In this document: positions 11,978 through 22,849 of the stretch, piece after piece
How the letters are laid out: every line of letters starts with the position of its first letter
Numbering within the stretch: the stretch's first letter is position 1
Source: Cyanophora paradoxa CCMP329
Taxonomy: Eukaryota; Plantae; Glaucophyta
Length of the DNA stretch: 64,000 nt
Reading direction: 5' to 3'
Assembly: GCA_004431415.1 (NCBI GenBank)
Contig: QPMI01000621.1
Span: forward strand, 1 to 64,000
Position numbers and translations under genes: made by a program
The notes under the pieces: generated by a model
Database searches by the model: none
Seen by the model: the letters and a program-made list of their open reading frames with translations, nothing else
What the model was told of the DNA's origin: nothing

Positions 11978-14900
11978 ATGTCGGGCATAGGTGTAGCCGG
12001 AGTCGCCGGCCAAATTCGTGGTAGCGTAGACCATGGCGACATGCATATGCATGGGCTTTTGAAAGCCAGCTTTCTGGCGGCGGCCGCGGGCGATCCATGC
12101 ACGGTCGACGTCGTTGGCCAGCCGGAGGCCTTCATCAAAGGCGTCGACGCTGTGGCTCAGGCCGTTCTCGGGGATCTCACGCACTTCAGCTGTGCGTTTG
12201 CTCCCGAGAACGAATCTTACACGAATCTCGGGATCCCTCGCTGACCGAGAGCTTTCCCTTCGCTCCCTTACGTTCAGATGTCGAAGCGTGGGCGCCGGCC
12301 TCGGCGAGGGAGCTCGCGATCGACGGGCAGTGCAGCGGCTCTCTACGTATGCGAATCAAACACGCCCGCGGCCTCCCCCACGTCGGTGAGCTGCTGCGAG
12401 GCTTAATTTGCAGTTGCATTCGATCTTGCAAGCTTGCAAATCCAATTCCACTGACTTGGTGAGCGCGCCGACTCGACCGCAGGCACGAACCCCCTCGCAG
12501 CGCGCTTCAGCAAGGAGGCGAGCTGCGGGGGGCCCGGCTTGCACTCCGAGGATGTCGTGGCGTGGTCCACGAGAGACATGAGATGCGAGTGCGCACGCGT
12601 TCGCCTCCGCCACACTACGGCTATCTTAGATCTTGCAACGCGACTTCTGGCCGCGTTCGGTCCTCTCTAACAGCTTTTGCAGGTGGGTTGTGGATGCAAG
12701 CCTCGTGCCGCGAGAGACGTTTCAGCGTTCCGGGCCGTCGTGCCCCTTTAAAACGCTTTTCGTGGTGGGTAGACCTGCCCTCCCCCCGGGTCCGCTTTGC
12801 TCTTACCCCGCCGATTTCGCGCGAAAGGTCCCGTGTTTCTCGTCCCTCTCTCGGCGACCTTTCCTCGTCTTTCTCTTTTTCTCGGACAAAGCAAGCGAGT
12901 ACGATTCAATTGTCGACGGGGTGAGATGCCTCGAGCCCGTTTCTTGCGCACATGCTGCCCATGACCATCTGATCGTGCACACGGTTCCGAATTCGCCGCA
13001 GTTTGTGAGGGCGAACGTATCCGCGAGCCTTTTCCGACACTGCGGCACGGTGGAGGTCGCCGGCCGCGTTGGGCCCGCTGCAGCTGCAGCCGCAGCGTCT
13101 GGCTGCGCAGCCGCCCATGGCCAGCTGCAGTGCCCCATCAAAATCGACGACTGCGCTCTGGACTTGCTCCGCATCAGGTGCGCGAGAGGGTCGAGCGGCA
13201 CCTCCCGCCTAGACTAACCTAGCCTGGGCCCGGCCCTCGAGCGCAGCCCGGCGAGCCGGTCGGAGTCATCCTCGAGGCTCATCGGGTCCAGAATCGGCGA
13301 CTCCCTGCCCCTCTTTCGCAAGGTCAGCCGCCGTCCTGTTCAACGGCCGCCTAACAAACGGCGAGCTCTAGCCGCCTCGTAGCGTTCCGAGCGAGCCTGC
13401 GCTGGCCATACGCATGTGAAACGTTAACATTCGGCCCATGATCATTCGGCTTTTTTAACGTCCGCCCGCGCCGCAGTTCCCGAGCCTGCGAGCGCGGATG
13501 CTTCAGGGTGCCCAGCTGCAGTCCTTCCCCCGCGGCTACCAGCGTGCGCATCTTTGATTGGGGTCGCTTATCTCGCTTCGATTGTCGCTGACCATGCGGC
13601 ATCCTCGCGACATGTGCAGTGTTGACGATCGGGGAGGTCGTCACACGGGCGCTGGTCGTCGTGACGGGCACCGTGCGCTGCAGCGACGTCGACTGCGGCG
13701 CCGCCTCGGCGGAGGCGTCGACATCGACGGACGGGTGGGAGCTCCGGACGGGAGACAGCCTCGGCGAGCTCTGCCTCCTCTCGCCTCACGCCATCAGGTT
13801 CGCATTCGTCAGACCAATTGCAAGGAAACGCTGCATGGATGGTGATTAACATTCAACGGTTTCGGTTTCGCAGCTCCGTGACGGCTGTATGCACGTCGCC
13901 GCTGCTCTGCATCGAAGTTGAGGCGAGCTACGGGTGTGCATGCGGGCGTGCCGCCGCCGAGGCCGTCGCCGTCGCCGTCGCCGGCCCCAGCGGCAATTGC
14001 AAGCGGCCTCGCAGCGACAGCTGTGCTTCCGGCTTGCCCGCGTCGACGTTCGAGCACAACAGCAGCAGCAGCGGCGGCGGCGGCAGCAGCGGCGACGGCG
14101 GCGCGCCCTTGTCCGGCAGCGAGCTCGATCGCGAGGGCGCCTCTCTCGGCGTTCCCTCGCCGGCAGCGATTTCGAGCCCCTGCCACTCGCGCGCGAACAC
14201 CACGCCCGCCTCGTCCCCGGCCCCCCGCGAGCTCCCGCCCTTCCCGCCCCTGTCCGCGGCGGCGGTGGCAGCAGCCGTGGCCGCAACCAGCCCAAGCTCG
14301 AGCAGCCTTGACGCGGGCGGCCCGCAGCTGCACGTCGTGCCGTCGACGTCATGCGCCTCTGCCGCGTGTGCATCGCCGACACGATCCCCCGCGGCCGTGC
14401 GGCCGGCCACGGCGCAAGAGTTGACGTTCCCCCTGCCCCCCGCGGGCCTCGTCCTGCGTCCCGTCAAGAAGCCTGTTCCGACGAAGCGCAAGCGCGACAC
14501 CATCACGTGCGCCGTTCAATTCCGTGCATAAATATTAATTTTCATGTGGATTCTTGAAAAGTACTTCCCATTTGAGCTTACTTCCTTTTTCCTCCTCCAT
14601 TTCCTCCGCTTAGTCTTCATCTCGTCATCTATGTCTCTCAGTCGGCCCAGATCGCCGCCTTACTTCTTTTCCGGTCGATTAGCCGAGCCGATCGCGAGCC
14701 CACTAGATTGCCGATGTTATGTATCGATATCGTCGTTGACGTTTAATCTGACTCGAGCTCGCGCGGCAGGTACGAGATGATCAAGGCGCACTTCGGCGTG
14801 CCGCTGAGCCGCGCGGCGGAGCGGCTCAACGTCTGCAGCACGACGCTCAAGTCGATCTGCCGCGACCTCGGGATCAGCTCGTGGCCCATGGCCATGGCCA

Positions 14901-16199
14901 GCGCGCCCCGGGGGCATCCGCCCGCGCCAGCGCCGGCGCCAACGCCGCGTCGGGTGCCGCCGCCTCCCCCGGGCCCCGGCGGGGCCCCCCCGGCGTGGCC
15001 GGCCCCGCTGCCGCGCGTGACGTTCCGTCGCTCGCGGTCGCGCCGGAGTCGCGGGCGGACTCTGCCCCCGCCCACGAGGACGCAATCGCCGGCCTACCGC
15101 TGCCGCTCGACTTCCGCCTCCTCAACATGGCCATGGCCATGGGCCACCCCTCCGGGGGATCCGGGACCGGGTCGGCCCTCGGGATCGGCATCGACCTCGA
15201 GCTCTTCGGGATGGACGGCGAGGGCGCCGACGGGGCCGCCCCGTCCGCCATGCCGTTTCCTTTCTAGACCAGGATGCATATGTTGGATCTTGAATGTTGG
15301 ACCCCTGGAACCCGGACCTGCGCATGCAGGTGTACATGTTCGAATTCGCTCCGAGGCTCGTCTAGTTATACTATACAAATGAATCGAAGCTAGATTAACA
15401 CGTTAATTGCATACACCATCACGTGCGCCGACACCATCACGTGCGCCGTTCAATTCCGTGCATAAATATTAATTTTCATGTGGATTCTTGAAAAGTACTT
15501 CCCATTTGAGCTTACTTCCTTTTTCCTCCTCCATTTCCTCCGCTTAGTCTTCATCTCGTCATCTATGTCTCTCAGTCGGCCCAGATCGCCGCCTTACTTC
15601 TTTTCCGGTCGATTAGCCGAGCCGATCGCGAGCCCACTAGATTGCCGATGTTATGTATCGATATCGTCGTTGACGTTTAATCTGACTCGAGCTCGCGCGG
15701 CAGGTACGAGATGATCAAGGCGCACTTCGGCGTGCCGCTGAGCCGCGCGGCGGAGCGGCTCAACGTCTGCAGCACGACGCTCAAGTCGATCTGCCGCGAC
15801 CTCGGGATCAGCTCGTGGCCCCATGGCCATGGCCAGCGCGCCCCGGGGGCATCCGCCCGCGCCAGCGCCGGCGCCAACGCCGCGTCGGGTGCCGCCGCCT
15901 CCCCCGGGCCCGGCGGGCCCCCCGGCGTGGCCGGCCCCGCTGCCGCGCGTGACGTTCCGTCGCTCGCGGTCGCGCCGGAGTCGCGGGCGGACTCTGCCCC
16001 CGCCCACGAGGACGCAATCGCCGGCCTACCGCTGCCGCTCGACTTCCGCCTCCTCAACATGGCCATGGCCATGGGCCACCCCTCCGGGGGATCCGGGACC
16101 GGGTCGGCCCTCGGGATCGGCATCGACCTCGAGCTCTTCGGGATGGACGGCGAGGGCGCCGACGGGGCCGCCCCGTCCGCCATGCCGTTTCCTTTCTAG
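11978..16199 (+). CDS. Spliced protein with a cyclic-nucleotide-binding (CAP_ED)-like domain and a C-terminal RWP-RK DNA-binding domain (degenerate RWPxRK)
   Basis: Exons at about 13300-13920 give LPLFRK|FPSLRARMLQGAQLQSFPRGYQ|LTIGEVVTRALVVVTGTVRC..ELRTGDSLGELCLLSPHAI..SSVTAV. Then KRKRDTIT|YEMIKAHFGVPLSRAAERLNVCSTTLKSICRDLGISSWP. The last exon is present twice; start uncertain. Confidence 0.75.
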
Positions 16200-16338
16200 A
16201 CCAGGATGCATATGTTGGATCTTGAATGTTGGACCCCTGGAACCCGGACCTGCGCATGCAGGTGTACATGTTCGAATTCGCTCCGAGGCTCGTCTAGTTA
16301 TACTATACAAATGAATCGAAGCTAGATTAACACGTTAA
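14497..16338 (+). repeat. Tandem duplication (14497-15406 and 15431-16338) of donor + intron + RWP-RK last exon + 3' UTR
   Basis: Near-identical copies of about 910 bp; the only differences I found are G/C homopolymer lengths. The junction carries TTGCAT plus an extra ACACCATCACGTGCGCCG. Confidence 0.92.
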
Positions 16339-16770
16339 CCTTGTACATGTACCGCAGTATACGTACCATTTTTCGCGCCTTCGTTTCATGAATCTTTTTT
16401 GCAGCGCGCTCAAGCTTCAGTTTTACATTTACATTAACATTGCTGTCGCATTGGTTAGCTCGGAACCGCCGGGGTTGCAGCGTATATATACAGCTTGTAG
16501 CGATATGTAGGCAGTTTTCAACAGCTCTTTATCTACGTGTAATGCTATGGACTCTTCGAGAGACAGCTGCAGCTATAGCTAGGCTCATACTAGGCGAGAA
16601 CACCTAGATCTGGAATCCTGATTTGAGTTCTTGACTCCGTGAATTGAAACCAGTGGGTTTTTCATGAAGCAGACATGCGCATGCGCACTCCTAAAGGGCC
16701 CGGCGGCCGCACGGCCCGGAATCTCGAATTTCAAATTTCGGGCCAGCGCGGAGGGCGCGGCCGCCATCTG

Positions 16771-19700
16771 CTAGGGGCCCGCATCGGCGAAGACTGAGGT
16801 CAGCTTGCGCAGGTGCCCGGCCGCCTCCCGCTTCTGCCGCTCCATCGCCTGCCCGGGGTATCGGATTCTCAGATGGGATGGGGGGGGGGTACGTAGTTCT
16901 CGGGGCACGTGCACGCGCCTTGAGGAGGAGCCGCATCTCGTCCTCCAGGGCAGCGGAGCGCGCGGCGGCCTCCTGCGCCTCCTTCTCGAGTGCCGCGATG
17001 CGCTCCCGCGCCGCCGCCAGCTGCGCCCCCGCCGCCTCGCGCGCCCGCTCCGCCTCCGCCGCCGCCGCCGCCCGCTCCGCAAGCGCCGCCCGCAGCTCGG
17101 CCGCCTCGCGCCCCGCCGCCTCCGCCGCCCGCCGCTCCCGTTCCTCCACCAGCGCCTTCACCTGAGACACCTGCGCGCCGTCCGCTCGGGCCGGGCGAAG
17201 CGGCGGCCCCGCCTGAGCTCAGATCTCTCCCCCACCTCGTCCGTGACGTAGCGTAGCCTGCGGTCCTTCTCCTTCGCCGCCCGCCGCGCCTCCTCCGCGT
17301 CGCCCGCCGCCGCCTGCCGCCAGGGCTCAGAGAAGGGCGGGGCGCGGCAGGGAGCGGGGTACGGCGCGCTCGCCTGGGCGGCCGCGCGGGCCTCGTCGAG
17401 CGCGGATTCCATGTGCCGCATGATCTCCTCCTGCATCGACACCTGCCCGGCCCTCTTTTTAGCTAGGGCAGGGGCGGCGGGAAGGCAGGGCGGGCCTGGC
17501 TGCGGAGGGCGGCGGCGGCCTTGCGCTCCTGCTCGATCTCCTCCCGCAGGAGCTCCGCCTCCTCGCGGGGCGCCGCCCCCGCCGCCTCCGCCTCCTCCTC
17601 GAGCCGCGCCACCGCCGCCCGCAGCCGCGCGATCGTGTCCTCCTTGTCATCCACCACCGCCTGCTTCAGCGCCGCCGCCTGCCCCCCACCGCAGCGCTTC
17701 GGACCGCGGAGGGTACGGCAGCGTTTCCGGGGGGTACAGCCGCACCTCGCTCGCCTTCTTGGCGGCCTGCTCGGCCTCCCGCAGGCGCGCCTCGAGGGCC
17801 CGTACCCCGGCCGCCTCCTCCTCCAGCGCCCGGATCTGGCCGAGGGGTCGGCGAGGGGGTACGAGAAAGCGGCGGAGGGGAGCGGAGGGGAGCGGTACGC
17901 CGACCCGCTGGTCGCGCGCGGCGAGCTCGGACACGGCGCGCTCGGCCTCGCGCGCGTGCCGGCGCGCCTCGGCCGCCTCCCGCTCACGCATACCCTCCAC
18001 CTCCCGCAGCTGCGCATATCCCTTTGGATCGGCAAGGGCGGGGGGGGGGGACGTTGGAGGGGGGTACCGCACCGCGGAGATGGCCTCCTGCTTCTGCGCG
18101 GTGAGCTCCAGCAGCCGCTGCTTCTGGTCCCTCGCCAGCTCCGTGAGCTGCGTACCCCCCGTGAGTCACGCGGGGAAACAGGGAGGGGTACGCGAATCGC
18201 GGACCTCGGCGGCGACGGCGGAGGCGCGGACCTCCTTCTGTACCGAGGCCTTGAGGGCCCGCTTCAGCTCCTCCCCGTTCCTGGGGGTACGAGGTTGCTC
18301 CTCAGGCGCGGGAGGGGTACGGCTCTCTGCGGGCGCGGGGGGTACGGCGCGGCGGCGCACGCGACGGCCTCCTCGAGGGCGGCGGTGGTGTCCTTCAGGC
18401 GGCGGCGGAGGTCCCGCGTGCCGGCCTCTGCGGCGGCGGCGGCGGCGGCGCGCTCCTCGCTGGCCGCCTGCCGCGCCCTCTCGAGCGCCTCGGCGTGCGC
18501 CGCCGTCACCCGCTGCAGCTCCGCCCCGTGCATCTGGGGCCGAGCGTCGGGGCCCGGGCAAAGCACAACTCCTCGCACTGAATGATTCGAGGCGCACCTC
18601 GCTGCGCAGCGCAGCGGCCTCCTGGTGCCTCCGCGCCTCGGCGCGCGCCGCCTCGGCCTCCTTGCGCGCCGCCGCCGCCTCCGCCTCGGCCGCCGCCAGC
18701 CGCACGCGCTGCTCCTCCCGCGCCTGCAGCGCCTCGGCCCGGGCCCGCGCCGCCGCCTCCTCCGCGCGCTCCGCCGCCTGCTGCGCCGCCGCCAGCCGCT
18801 CACGCGCCGCCTCCGCCTCCCGCTTCGCCCGCTCGCCCACCACCTGCAGCGACCCGCACTCCGCCGCCGCCGCCTGAGAGGCGGGGGGCGTGAAACCGGA
18901 GAAGGAGGAGTGGGGCGAGGGGGCGCGCGACGCACCTCCAGGGCCCGCTCGAGGTCGGCCCGCTCGCACGCGGCGGCGGCGGCCGCCCGCTCCGCGCGCT
19001 CCCGGGCCGCCCTGTGCGCCGCCGCCTCCGCCTCCGCCCTCTGCGAAGCCATAGCTGCTCAGAGCAGCAGCAGCGGTGCACAGGAGGAGCTAAGGGACCT
19101 CGCGGGCGGTCCGGTGGTTCCCGGCCTCGACCTGCGCCCGCTCCAGGGCCAGCATCGCCTCGTCCCGCTCGCCCCGCGCCCGCTCCGCCGCCGCCGCCCC
19201 CTGCTCCGCCCGCCGCTCCGCGCCGGCCGCCGCCTCCCGCGCTGCCGCCGACTCCTCCCGGAGCCGTGCCGCCTCGTCCCGCAGCGCCCTCAGCTCCCGC
19301 TCCAGGTCGGGGGCACCGCGACCGCCTCCTCCCGCGCCTCCTCCGGGGCCGCCGCCGCCGCCGCCGCCGCCTCTTCCGCCGCGATGTGCGGCGGCGCGGC
19401 GGGCGCGGCCGCCGGGGCCGCCGCCGGGGCCGCCGCCGGCCTTCGCGAGGGCGAGGAGGCGGCGGCGACGGGCCGGCCGTTCCGGAACGCCGACGGCTCC
19501 GCCAGCCGCAGCGCCCACATGACCTCCTCCGTGCTCTCCGAAACCTGCGGAGCGCCTCAGGCGGAGCGCGGGCGCCGGCCGGGCCGCGCGCCCCCGCGCC
19601 GCACCGCCTCGGCTCCCGGCCTCCGCCGCGCCTGCGCCGGCTCCTCCGCCGCTGCGGGTGCCGCCCGCGCCCGTCCCTCCGGGTGGCCTCCTCGCCGCAC

Positions 19701-21535
19701 GCCCTCCGGCGCCGTCGCATAGCCGCCGGGGTCGCTCCGCCGCCGCCGGCCCCGGGCCTCCTCCTGCCGGAGCGCCCGGTCGTAGTCCCGCCTGGCGGCC
19801 CGCTCGGCGCCGCCCTCGCTGCCGCCCTCGCTCCAGGCCCCGGGGCCCTCCTCCGTCCCTCGCTGCCCCAGGACCCGCCCTCGCCCCCGCTGCTCGAGCG
19901 CGATCGGCTCCGCCGCGACCGCCGCCGCGACCGCCGCCGGCGCGGCCGGCCCGCCCGCCTACGCCGCGCCGCCTCCGCGGCGGGGGCGCCGTCGCCGCCC
20001 ACCGGTCGCTGTTCTCGACGCTCGCGCTCGTCTCGCTCGGCCTGCCGTCCGGCCCGCTCAGCTCGGGCCGCGCGCGGCCGGCCCGCACGGGCGGCGAGGG
20101 GCGGGCGCTACGCACAGGGCCATGGCAACCTTGGTCTCGAGCCGGTTCAGCCTCAGCTCGTGGTCCGCAGAAGTGAGCATGTCCAGGCCACGCAGCCGCC
20201 CCTCCGGCGCCGCCGGCGCCGCCGCCCTCGCCGGCGGCCTCGAGGGGTACTCGTACGGAAGGACGGGGTACGGCGGGTACGCGTAGGGGAGGGGATACGG
20301 GTACGGGGCGGGGGCCGGGGCAGGAGGGGGAGGGGCAGCGGGCGCAGGCGGAGTGGCCCGCCGGTAGTAGTACGTGTTAAGGGCGGCGTCGATGCGAGGA
20401 GTGGGGACGGGGGGCTGGGGCGCCGGCGCCGGCGGCGCCGGGGCGGTGGGAGGCGGGGTGGGGAGCGGCGCCACCGGCGGGGCCGTAGGCGGGGGCGTGG
20501 GAACGGCCGTGGTGGGCAGGGGCGCGGCGAGGCGCGGGCGCGGGTCGTCGCCGGTGGCCGTGAAGGGACGGGGGGCGTCAACGTCGAGCCGGCGCCTCGC
20601 CGCCGCGTGCGGCGGGGTCGTCAGCACGGGGACCGGCGCCGCCGCTGGCGCCGTGGCGGGCCCTGCCTCCCCGTAAGAACAGCGAGCGGAGCGCCCGCGA
20701 GGCGCGCGCGCGCGCACGGATCTGGACGCCGTCCAGCAGCTCCAGGCGGGGCGCCGCGGCGGAGGCGGCCGCCGCGTAGCCAGGAAGGCGGCAGACCGGG
20801 TTGTCCTTGCCCTGCGCCTGCAGCACGAGCTCGCGGAGGTACTGCGGACGCGTCAGCGGCCGCCGCGCGGGCGGGCGAAGCGGAGGGGAGCGGACCGGGA
20901 GGCCGCGGAGCGGCTCCAGCTCCTGGAGGGAGTCGACGAGGTTGCCGCGCGCGTCCAGGTGCGCGAGGCGGTACCTGCCGCGCCGTCAGAGGCGCGGAGC
21001 GGAGGCGCGGCGCCCGGCCGCCGGCGCACAGCGGGCCGTGGAGCTCCGCGAGCCCGCGCAGGCTGGACACGAAGTTGTAGCTAAGGACGAGGCGCTCCAG
21101 CGACACGAGCGCGGAGAGCCCCTCGATCTCCCGGATCTGCCGCGCCTCAGCTCGCGGCTCCGCGGCGGACGAAGCCGGAGCGAACCCGGTTGCTGGAGAG
21201 GTTCAGGACGCGGAGGGAGCCGAGCGAATCGAGGCCATCGATGCGCTCGATGTCGTTCGACGAGAGGTTGAGCTCCACGAGGCGCGTGCAGGCCTCCAGG
21301 CACTCGATGCGGGCGATGCGGTTGGAGTGCAGGTTGAGCGTCAGCAGCGACGTCATCCTCCACAGGTCGGGGATCTCCCGCATCGACGCGATTCCCGCGC
21401 CCAGAAGCTGCAGGCCCTCCGCCTGCTCGGGCGCGGCCGGCCCGCCTGCCGAATCCGAGTTCAGCATCGCAACAGCATCGCAGGGACAGAGCGCTGCGGC
21501 TCACCGTCGCCGGGCGCGGCCGCCTGCGACCACAT
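16771..21535 (-). CDS. VFL1: Centriolar leucine-rich-repeat and coiled-coil protein (LRRCC1/VFL1/CLERC family)
   Basis: N-terminal SDS22-type LRRs (LTLNLHSNRIARIECL, LVELNLSSNDIERIDGL, LERLVLSYNFVSSL, LDARGNLV), LRRcap (NPVCRLPGY..LELLDG) and a long coiled coil ending EDEMRLLLK|AMERQKREAAGHLRKLTSVF. Many short introns. Confidence 0.75.
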
Positions 21536-21628
21536 CGAAATGGCGGCAAATCGAAAGCCGACCCCGGCGGGATCGACCCAGAGAGTTTAAAGAACTTTCG
21601 CCGCAGCGGTTAGGCTGCTAAGGCTGCG

Positions 21629-22802
21629 ATGGAGCCGGGCGGTCAAGAGTGCGCCATATGCCGCGCGGGCGAACTCCAGGATCGAACGACCGCGCACGAC
21701 TGCGGCCACGCGTTCTGGTGCGCAGCGACCTTCGTCGGGATTCGCGGGAGGGATCACCGGGATCGCGCCCGCAGCTACGATTGCATCAAGCGATGGACGT
21801 CGATGAAGTGCGAGCCGCCGCACCGGCCCGCGGCGCGCGATCCGCCGCCCGCCCGGTTTGAATGCGGCGGGCGCGCAGGAACGTCTGCCCTCTGTGCGGG
21901 CAGGTCGTGGTCCGCCTGAGGCGATCTGCGGGCGAGGAGGAGGAGGTGCAGCCGCCGCCGTCCCCGAGGCGCGGCGGGGAGCCGGCGCACGAAGAGCCGA
22001 GCCTCGACTGCCTCGACTGGCAGTACTTCCTGGGCGAGCTGAACCTGCTGGCGCGGCTCGCCGAGGACCAGCAGGTCGAGATCGCGCGGCGCGGTGGCCC
22101 GCGCTCCGGAAGCGAGGACCAGCGGTGCGGGCCGGTGCTGCGTCGGGCGGTAATCGGCCGCCGCAGTCTCATCCGGGCGGGCGGGCGGCGGGCGGGCGCA
22201 GGAAGTGGCGGCAGCTCGCGGAAGTGATGGTGCGGGTGAATTCGATGCGGTCCAACTTCGAGTCGCACGGGGCCTTCGACCCGCGGGCGACGATGGAGGA
22301 GGCGAGCCGCGCCCCGCCCGCCCGCCCCCGCCCCCGCCCGCGTCCCTGACGCCTTCCCACCCGCCCCGCAGCTCTACACCCTCCAGGACGTCGTGAATTC
22401 GATCCGGAGGAACGTCCCCGTGCGCGCGTACCCCCGATCCAGCGCCCCCCAGCCCCCCAACCCGCCCCCCCCCCCCCCCCCCCCCAGGTGCTGTGGCCGC
22501 CGCCGGCTGCAGCGGAGGAGGAGGGCCCGCGGCGCTACTCGAGCCACGGGGACGCGGCGGAGGACCAGGAGCGGGGGTTCACCCTCGAGGACTTCATGCG
22601 CGCCGGCGGCGCCAAGTCCAAGAACAAGAAGGGCAAGCGGCGCTCGGGGGGTACGCTAAGTCCAGCCCTCCGCGCGTGCATGCCCCCCGCCCCGCTGAGC
22701 GAGCGGCGGGCGGGCGGGCGCGCAGGATCGGAGGGCGGCTCGGGCGCGTCGCCCTCGCCGGGCGGGACGCCGGCGCCGCCCCTAGACATGCCCGGGAGCT
22801 AG
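21629..22802 (+). CDS. RING-HC finger protein (spliced)
   Basis: CAIC..CGHAFC|YDCIKRW..VCPLC after removing short introns; stop at 22802. Confidence 0.85.
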
Positions 22803-22849
22803 CGCGGCCCGCAGGCTTAGTAGCCCGTGCTTCCTTTCTTTCAGAGAGT

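Noticed and set aside
17411-21080. Long plus-strand Arg/Pro/Ala-rich ORFs (488-688 aa) and similar ones at 23-25 kb, 36.4-38.1 kb and 57.5-59.8 kb (-)
   Set aside because: Shadow ORFs caused by extreme GC content, antisense to recognisable genes.
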